Below are positions 57,950 to 64,000 of a stretch of 64,000 bases of DNA, piece after piece (position 1 is the first letter of the stretch; each line of letters opens with the position of its first letter). The translations under genes and the position numbers were made by a program. The notes under the pieces were generated by a model. That model did no database searches. It had not been told where the DNA came from and saw nothing but the letters and a program-made list of their open reading frames with translations. Location of the stretch: positions 1,234 through 65,233 of the forward strand of contig CAYPRM010000005.1 of assembly GCA_964413365.1 (NCBI GenBank), given 5' to 3'. This stretch comes from an uncultured Lachnospiraceae bacterium. GTDB taxonomy: Bacteria; Bacillota; Clostridia; Oscillospirales; CAG-272.

Positions 57950-58130
57950 AAGTGTGCCTTGCGGCACGAGAAGTGATGCTTCGCACATGAAGTGATGCTT
58001 CGCCTCGTGAAGTGTCTGCGGACATGGGTGGCACACTTAACTTCACTGCAAAGCAACTTCACTTTTGCGCCAGCGTAAAACTTCACTGCGAGCACAGCGA
58101 GCAGCTTCACTTTGTGCACCAGCACAAACA
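57950..58130. repeat. two opposed arrays of short GAAGTG / CTTCAC-containing repeats with small hairpins
   Basis: GAAGTG at 57970, 57989 and 58009 (GAAGTGATGCTTCGC occurs twice exactly, with a 19-nt period). CTTCAC at 58041, 58057, 58081 and 58105. Flanking inverted pair AAGTGTGCC (57951) / GGCACACTT (58030). Hairpin TTTGTGC-ACCA-GCACAAA at 58111-58128. Confidence 0.8.
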
Positions 58131-58147
58131 CATCATACGGGGGTTAT

Positions 58148-58501
58148 ATGTCAGAAAGCAAACTAAAAACGCAATCAATGGATTTTGCCGTGTCTATAAT
58201 AAATCTCACAAAATCCCTCAAAGAGAAAAAGGAGTCCACCATCTCAAATCAAATTTGCAGAAGCGGCACAAGCATAGGTGCAAACATCCACGAAGCTCAA
58301 TACGCTCAAGGCAAAAAGGATTTTATTTCTAAATTCGAAATTGCCTTGAAGGAAGCAAACGAGACGGGATACTGGCTCGATTTATTGTACAGAACAAAAT
58401 ACATAGACGAGCACATGTATAAAACTCTTTCCTCAAAGTGCACATCTCTTCGTGTTATGCTAATAGCTTCCTGCAAAACTGCAAAAGAAAACAACAATTA
58501 A
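58148..58501 (+). CDS. four-helix-bundle protein (23S rRNA intervening-sequence protein / Avd family)
   Basis: ATG 58148 follows GGGGG. ...SMDFAVSIINLTKSL...ISNQICRSGTSIGANIHEAQYAQGKKDFISKFEIALKEANETGYWLDLL... is the hallmark of this family. The gene is clearly AT-richer than its neighbours. Confidence 0.8.
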   Translation: MSESKLKTQSMDFAVSIINLTKSLKEKKESTISNQICRSGTSIGANIHEAQYAQGKKDFISKFEIALKEANETGYWLDLLYRTKYIDEHMYKTLSSKCTSLRVMLIASCKTAKENNN

Positions 58502-58528
58502 TAAATGCTACATTAGTGAGGACCAAAA

Positions 58529-60121
58529 ATGTCAAACCTTCAAACCGAGATAAGCAGGCGGAGGACGTTCGCCATAATATCACACCCCGACGCGGGTAAG
58601 ACGACCTTAACGGAAAAATTCCTGCTCTACGGCGGTGCTATTCAGTCAGCGGGCACGGTCAAGGGCAAGGCGAGCGATCGCCACGCAACGAGCGACTGGA
58701 TGGATCTCGAAAAGCAGAGAGGTATCTCCATCACCTCCTCCGTTATGCAATTTGAATACGACGGCTACTGCATCAACATTCTTGACACGCCAGGACATCA
58801 GGACTTCTCCGAGGACACGTACAGAACGCTGATGGCGGCGGACAGTGCGGTGATGGTAATAGACGCCGCCAAGGGCATTGAGCCTCAGACACGCAAGCTC
58901 TTTAAGGTCTGCGCTATGAGGGATATTCCCATATTTACCTTTATAAACAAGCTTGACCGCGAGGCGCGTGATCCGTTCGATCTTCTCGACGAGCTCGAGC
59001 GCGAGTTCGGCATTGGAACGTATCCCATGAACTGGCCCATTGGCTGCGGTGTGAATTTCAAGGGTGTTTTCGACCGTGAGAGGCGTTCGATCCTTGCGTT
59101 TGACGAATTTCACAGCGGCAGAAACAGGATCGAGGGCATTTCCTGCGACATAACGGACGTCGAAAAGATGGATTCACTCATTGGCGAGTACGACCGCAGA
59201 GCTTTGGTCGATCAGATAGAGCTTCTTGACGTTGCGAGCTATGAATTTGACCTTGAGAAGGTTCGCCACGGCAAGCTCTCGCCCGTTTTCTTCGGCTCGG
59301 CGCTCAACAATTTCGGAGTTGAGCCGTTCCTGAAGAGCTTTCTTCAGATGACGACATCCCCCCTGCCCCGTCGCGCGGGTGATGCTATGATAGACCCCTT
59401 TGACGAGAAATTTTCCGCGTTCGTTTTCAAAATTCAGGCGAACATGAACAAGGCACACCGCGACAGGATCGCATTTATGAGGATCTGCTCGGGCAAGTTT
59501 GAGAGGAGCAAGGAGTACCTCCATGTTCAGAACGGTAAGGTAGCAAAGCTCTCCCAGCCTCAGCAAATGATGGCGCAGGAGCGTGAGGTCATCGACTGTG
59601 CCTACGCAGGCGACATAATCGGCGTATTCGATCCGGGCATCTTCTCTATCGGCGACACGGTATGCGATCCGACGCTTAAATTCACCTTTGAAAAAATCCC
59701 CACCTTCGCGCCCGAGCACTTTGAGCTTGTGGAGCAGAAGGATTCTATGAAGCGAAAGCAGTTTGCAAAGGGCATGAATCAGATAGCGCAGGAGGGTGCG
59801 ATACAGATATTCTTCGAGCCTAATTCTGGTATGGAGCGCGTGATCGTCGGTGTTGTCGGTGTTCTGCAGTTTGAGGTGCTCGAGTACCGCTTGAAGCATG
59901 AATACGGCGTGGACATCATTCAGCGTCCCATGCCACAGCAGTATATACGCTACATTGAGAACAAGGACGTTGATCCCACCACTCTCACCCTCGACACCGA
60001 CACAAAGTGGGTGCAGGATTACAGGGGAAACAATCTTCTCATCTTCCCTCGCGAGTGGAGCATTCGCTGGGCACTCGAGAAGAACAAGGGTCTCATCCTC
60101 AAGGAATTCAACGAAAAATAA
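58529..60121 (+). CDS. prfC: peptide chain release factor 3
   Basis: RRRTFAIISHPDAGKTTLTEKFLLYGG...LDTPGHQDF...NKLDR. Confidence 0.95.
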   Translation: MSNLQTEISRRRTFAIISHPDAGKTTLTEKFLLYGGAIQSAGTVKGKASDRHATSDWMDLEKQRGISITSSVMQFEYDGYCINILDTPGHQDFSEDTYRTLMAADSAVMVIDAAKGIEPQTRKLFKVCAMRDIPIFTFINKLDREARDPFDLLDELEREFGIGTYPMNWPIGCGVNFKGVFDRERRSILAFDEFHSGRNRIEGISCDITDVEKMDSLIGEYDRRALVDQIELLDVASYEFDLEKVRHGKLSPVFFGSALNNFGVEPFLKSFLQMTTSPLPRRAGDAMIDPFDEKFSAFVFKIQANMNKAHRDRIAFMRICSGKFERSKEYLHVQNGKVAKLSQPQQMMAQEREVIDCAYAGDIIGVFDPGIFSIGDTVCDPTLKFTFEKIPTFAPEHFELVEQKDSMKRKQFAKGMNQIAQEGAIQIFFEPNSGMERVIVGVVGVLQFEVLEYRLKHEYGVDIIQRPMPQQYIRYIENKDVDPTTLTLDTDTKWVQDYRGNNLLIFPREWSIRWALEKNKGLILKEFNEK

Positions 60122-60134
60122 TATACCAAAATCA

Positions 60135-60168
60135 AAATATCGCCCACCGTCAGGTGAGCGATATTTTT
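60135..60168. terminator. bidirectional terminator between prfC and the LRR lipoprotein gene
   Basis: AAATATCGCCCACC-GTCA-GGTGAGCGATATTT (one mismatch) followed by TT. Confidence 0.7.
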
Positions 60169-60172
60169 ATAT

Positions 60173-62128
60173 TTATTTTGCATTTGAAATAATTTCAATA
60201 TCTCCGTCGGTGCAATGGACCGTATACTTTTCTATATTTGCGTCCCATCTCGTTCCCTTAGCAAGAGCGTTCCACTCCGACGTCGTGCCGTCATAATATA
60301 TATCCGTGAGCAGGGTGCAGTCGAAAAATGCAAAATTTCCGATGCTCACGATGCTATGTGGAAGCTTTACGGTCTTAAGAGCCTTACACTCTCTGAACGC
60401 CGCCGTCGGGATCGACCTCACGCCCTCTCCGATCATGACAGTCTTAAGTGAGGTACAGGTGCTGAAGATATATTTCCACGTTGCGCCTGTCTGCGTACAT
60501 TCGGTAGCATTCCAATACACCGTCTCAAGTCCTGTGCAGTCCTTGAAGGCGTCGCTGCCTATGGATGTAACGCCCTCGGGGATCTTTACGCTCTTAAGAC
60601 TCGCACAGCCGCTGAACGCGCCCTCTCCTATTGATGTAATATCGCTTTTGATGGTTATATCGGTGATCCCGTCACATCCTGAAAATGCATAATCGCTGAT
60701 CGTTGAGGCGTTCATTATCACGACCTCTCTGAGGCTTTTCGGCACGCAGTCGGAATTTTTATTGTAGGATAAAGCTCCGAATATATATCCGAAATGCGAT
60801 CTATAGCCTCCGATAAACGGCAGGGTGATGCTCTCGAGGCTCGTGCATCCCTCAAATGCCGCAGAGCTTATCGACGTTACGCTATCAGGAACCGTTAGAG
60901 TGCGAAGGGCGGTGCACCTTGCAAATGCGTATTCATCTATTTTCATTACACTATCCGATATGCTTACGCTACTTAGCGACGAGCAGCCGTAAAATGCGTG
61001 GTTCTCTATTGCTGTTATATTATCGGGAATGACCACGCTCTCGAGCGAGGTAAGGTTATAAAATGTATAGCTTCGTATATAGGTTATATCCTCTCCTATC
61101 GTAAGGGTGCGCAGGGCTGTGCAGTCCTCAAACAGATTTGGTGTGGTCGTCTGAAAATACGCGGTGGTGTTCCAGCAGACCTCCTCAAGTCCGCTACAAC
61201 CCTTAAATACATAGTCATAGATATATTCTATATCGCCGCTGACGGTTACGCTCCTTATTCCCGTGCATTTATAAAATGCCATTCTGCCTATCATCTTACC
61301 GCCGCATATCACGACGTTCTTAAGGCTGCTTGGCACGTGATCGCCGTTATCCTCATAGGATCTTGCGCCGAATATATAGCCGAAATGATGCGTGCTGTCC
61401 ACGAATTCGTCGATCTCCGCCTTAGAGCCGACGAACGGGAGGGTTATGCTCTCAAGACCTATACAACGCTCAAATGCGCCGAGTCCTATGGAGGTGACGC
61501 TATTTGAAACGGTAACGCTCACAAGGCTCTCACAGCCCTCGAATGCGTGATCGGATATCGAGAGCACAGTATCGGGCACGGTGAACGCCTCGCCGCTCTT
61601 AGCTGATGGGTAGCGAATGAGGGTGGTGCCGTCCTTGCTGTACAAAATTCCGTCAATGGAGGTATATGCTACGTTATTTTCGCCCACGGTGACAGTCATC
61701 AGCGAGCCGCACCAAGGAAATACATTCTTCCCAATACCGGTCACGCTATCGGGAATGGCGATCTCCACAAGTGAGTTACATTCTGAAAAAGCCTCGTCGC
61801 CTATGGTCGTTATGCCCTCGGGGAGCGTGATGCCCGTAAGCGTTCTGCATCTCGAAAACGCGCCCTTCCCTATCACCGTTACGGGCTTGCCGTCGTACTC
61901 GCTCGGGACCACTATCTCAGTACCCTCGGGCTTGCCGATGCTGACGAGGGTGTAGCTCTCGCCGTCGGGATTTAAGGAATACTGAGGCTCCTCTTGAGTG
62001 ATCGGGGGATCATTATCGGGGGTGGCGGTAGTGGTCGTAGTCGTAGTGCCTCCGCCGCCGAGTATACCGCAGGCTGTAAGTGCAAGGAGAAGGATAACTA
62101 TAAGTATTACCGTGGATATTTTTTTCAT
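60173..62128 (-). CDS. surface lipoprotein with BspA-type leucine-rich repeats (LRR_5)
   Basis: ATG 62128 follows AGGAGGA. Signal peptide MKKISTVILIVILLLALTAC with a lipobox, then a GGGGTTTTTTTATP linker, then many ...IP.SVTSIG..AF..C..L.S... repeats. Confidence 0.8.
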   Translation of the reverse strand: MKKISTVILIVILLLALTACGILGGGGTTTTTTTATPDNDPPITQEEPQYSLNPDGESYTLVSIGKPEGTEIVVPSEYDGKPVTVIGKGAFSRCRTLTGITLPEGITTIGDEAFSECNSLVEIAIPDSVTGIGKNVFPWCGSLMTVTVGENNVAYTSIDGILYSKDGTTLIRYPSAKSGEAFTVPDTVLSISDHAFEGCESLVSVTVSNSVTSIGLGAFERCIGLESITLPFVGSKAEIDEFVDSTHHFGYIFGARSYEDNGDHVPSSLKNVVICGGKMIGRMAFYKCTGIRSVTVSGDIEYIYDYVFKGCSGLEEVCWNTTAYFQTTTPNLFEDCTALRTLTIGEDITYIRSYTFYNLTSLESVVIPDNITAIENHAFYGCSSLSSVSISDSVMKIDEYAFARCTALRTLTVPDSVTSISSAAFEGCTSLESITLPFIGGYRSHFGYIFGALSYNKNSDCVPKSLREVVIMNASTISDYAFSGCDGITDITIKSDITSIGEGAFSGCASLKSVKIPEGVTSIGSDAFKDCTGLETVYWNATECTQTGATWKYIFSTCTSLKTVMIGEGVRSIPTAAFRECKALKTVKLPHSIVSIGNFAFFDCTLLTDIYYDGTTSEWNALAKGTRWDANIEKYTVHCTDGDIEIISNAK

Positions 62129-62165
62129 AGGTCTCAAATATCCTCCTTTTTTGGATTCCGATCTA

Positions 62166-62194
62166 ATTATATCACCGTTTTTTCGATTTGTAAA
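62166..62194 (-). promoter_or_regulatory. sigma-A promoter of the LRR lipoprotein gene
   Basis: Minus strand reads TTTACA, 17 nt, TGaTATAAT. Confidence 0.55.
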
Positions 62195-62239
62195 GAAAAA
62201 ATTTACAGACAGATATCCTATCACGGGATATCTGTCTGT
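62195..62239 (-). terminator. alaS terminator
   Basis: Minus strand reads ACAGACAGATATCC-CGTGATA-GGATATCTGTCTGT then AAATTTTTT. Confidence 0.8.
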
Positions 62240-62248
62240 ATTGTACAA

Positions 62249-64000
62249 TTATTTAAGCATTCCTGCGACTACCGCCTCAGCGGATGCGAGAGCCTCGCCG
62301 ACCTTGGAGGCGTCAACGCCGCCTGCCATAGCGGAATCGGGGCGTCCGCCGCCCTTTCCGCCCGTTACCGACGCTACTGCGCCGACGAGCTTTCCTGCGT
62401 GGACTCCGTGAGATACGGCGTCCTTGCCTGCTACGGCGATGAAATTGAGTTTTCCGTGCGCGTTAACTGCGATCACGGCTACCGTATCGCTATGCTCAGC
62501 CTTTATCCTATCGGTAAGGCTTCTTGCGCTGTCGAGATCCATTCCCTCAGCCACGGTGGCGATGAGCTTGACCTCTCCGACCTGCGTAGCACTCGAGAGA
62601 ACGCTATCCATCTTGCCTGCGGCGAGCTTGGAATTCAACTCCTCGATCTCCTTCTTCATCGCGGAAAGCTCGCCCTGAAGCGCGCTTGCCTTCTTTGCGA
62701 TGTCGTTAGGATTCTGAACCTTTAGCTCGTTCGCGGTAGTGCGGATGAGCTCGTCACTCTTAGCGATAAGCCCGAGCACGCCCATGCCTGTTACTGCCTC
62801 GATCCTTCTGACACCTGCCGCAACGCTCGATTCGCTGATTATCTTAAAGAGTCCTATCTTACCCGTATTATCACAATGCGTTCCGCCGCAGAGCTCGGTC
62901 GAGAAGTTGCCCATCTTGACCATTCTGACGGTCTTGCCGTACTTCTCACCAAAGAGTGCCATCGCACCCTCATGTCTTGCGGTCTCAATGTCCGTCTCGA
63001 CGGTCTTTATCTCATTTGCGGCGAGGATATTCGCGTTTACGAGTCCCTCGACCAATCGAAGTTCCTTATCGGTGAGTGCGACAAAATGCGTGAAGTCAAA
63101 GCGGCACACGTTCTCATCAACGTAAGAGCCTGCCTGCTCAACGTGCGAGCCGAGCACCTGACGCAGAGCCGCCTGAAGCAGGTGAGCCGCGGAGTGGTTT
63201 CTTCTTATAGCATCACGGCGAACATCCGAAATATCCGCAGTTACGCTATCTCCGACGGAGACTGTTCCGTTTGCAACGGTACAAAGGTGGATATATACGC
63301 CGTCGCTCTTCTTTGTATCATAGACGTTGAGGAGAACGCCTGCGGAATATATCGTTCCGCTATCTCCGACCTGTCCGCCGCCCTCTCCGTAGAAGGGCGT
63401 TCTGTCAAGGATCACGGTGCAATCGCCCTCGCAGACCGTATCGACACTCTCGTCATCGACAAGGATCGCGACCACGTGTGCATCACTTCTGTAATCCGTA
63501 TATCCTGTAAATTCTGTTTTGGGGAGGTCTGTGAGAATGCTCTTGGAGCTCTCCGACCAGCCGCTGATGTTCGCTCTTGCCTCTCTTGCACGATTTCTCT
63601 GATCGAGCATGAGCTTCTTGAACGCTTCCTCATCTATTCTGAGGTGGTTCTCCTCCGCGATCTCACGTGTGAGGTCGATCGGGAAGCCAAAGGTATCGTA
63701 AAGCTTGAATACCTCCTCGCCCGAGATGGTATCGCTATGCTCCTTCACCGCACCGCGGATAAGATCGGAGAGTATGGAAAGTCCTGCGTCGATAGTAGCG
63801 TCAAATCTTTCCTCCTCCATAAGGAGCACCTTGCGGATATAATCGCCCTTTTCGCTGAGCTCGGGGTATGCGCCACAGCTCTCGCCGATAGCGACATTGA
63901 CCATATCAACGAGGAATGCGTGATTGATGCCGAGCAGCTTTCCGTGGCGGCAGGCGCGGCGGATTATACGGCGGAGAACGTATCCCCTGCCCTCATTCGA
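62249..64000 (-). CDS. alaS: alanine--tRNA ligase (N-terminal part lies beyond the window)
   Basis: The frame is open to position 64000. It reads ...SNEGRGYVLRRIIRRACRHG...HSAAHLLQAAL...GGTHC... and ends in a C-terminal DHHA1-like domain. The ATG 63904 of the ORF track is internal. Confidence 0.95.
   Translation of the reverse strand, partial: SNEGRGYVLRRIIRRACRHGKLLGINHAFLVDMVNVAIGESCGAYPELSEKGDYIRKVLLMEEERFDATIDAGLSILSDLIRGAVKEHSDTISGEEVFKLYDTFGFPIDLTREIAEENHLRIDEEAFKKLMLDQRNRAREARANISGWSESSKSILTDLPKTEFTGYTDYRSDAHVVAILVDDESVDTVCEGDCTVILDRTPFYGEGGGQVGDSGTIYSAGVLLNVYDTKKSDGVYIHLCTVANGTVSVGDSVTADISDVRRDAIRRNHSAAHLLQAALRQVLGSHVEQAGSYVDENVCRFDFTHFVALTDKELRLVEGLVNANILAANEIKTVETDIETARHEGAMALFGEKYGKTVRMVKMGNFSTELCGGTHCDNTGKIGLFKIISESSVAAGVRRIEAVTGMGVLGLIAKSDELIRTTANELKVQNPNDIAKKASALQGELSAMKKEIEELNSKLAAGKMDSVLSSATQVGEVKLIATVAEGMDLDSARSLTDRIKAEHSDTVAVIAVNAHGKLNFIAVAGKDAVSHGVHAGKLVGAVASVTGGKGGGRPDSAMAGGVDASKVGEALASAEAVVAGMLK

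Noticed and set aside
57901-58131. 76-aa minus-strand ORF through the GAAGTG/CTTCAC repeats, and the possibility that the repeats form a CRISPR array.
   Set aside because: The ORF starts inside the repeats, ends inside tRNA-His and has no RBS. The repeats are 6-15 nt with irregular 16-24-nt spacing, are split into two opposed orientations and have no cas genes nearby, so this is not a CRISPR array.

Overview
Gene-dense chromosomal segment from a mid-to-high-GC Firmicute of the class Clostridia. The taxon call rests on a PolC-type replicase, rnfCDGEAB, spoVT and Coat_F-type spore genes, an ECF transporter core, and RuvC plus RuvAB. I call 60 protein genes. One of them is very doubtful, and two are cut by the window edges (prmC on the left, alaS on the right). 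I also call three tRNAs (Gly-UCC, Arg-UCU, His-GUG), RNase P RNA, one TPP riboswitch upstream of thiT, and a set of near-consensus sigma-A promoters and intrinsic terminators. Most genes are conserved housekeeping: a dnaD/dnaC-like loader pair, rex, tsaD-rimI, ecfA1-ecfA2-ecfT-truA, the ruv genes, rnf, the pyrH-frr-uppS-cdsA-dxr-rseP-ispG-polC-pth-mfd block, and prfC. I found no transposase, integrase, phage module, CRISPR array or recognisable defence or toxin system, and I cannot claim a convincing new multi-gene system. The observations most worth a second look are: (1) a self-contained operon pairing a FadH/enoate-reductase-type flavo-FeS enzyme with a two-subunit aconitase-X dehydratase (6.4-10.4 kb); (2) an AT-rich stand-alone four-helix-bundle (Avd / 23S-IVS family) gene between the tRNA cluster and prfC, preceded by two opposed arrays of GAAGTG/CTTCAC repeats (57.95-58.5 kb); (3) a textbook promoter that fires straight into a terminator hairpin (10.48-10.56 kb); (4) a TTCCACAG repeat/palindrome array in front of rex (3.9 kb). 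All GC statements are by-eye estimates, all family assignments come from motif recognition rather than database searches, and start codons are my own choices from RBS spacing.
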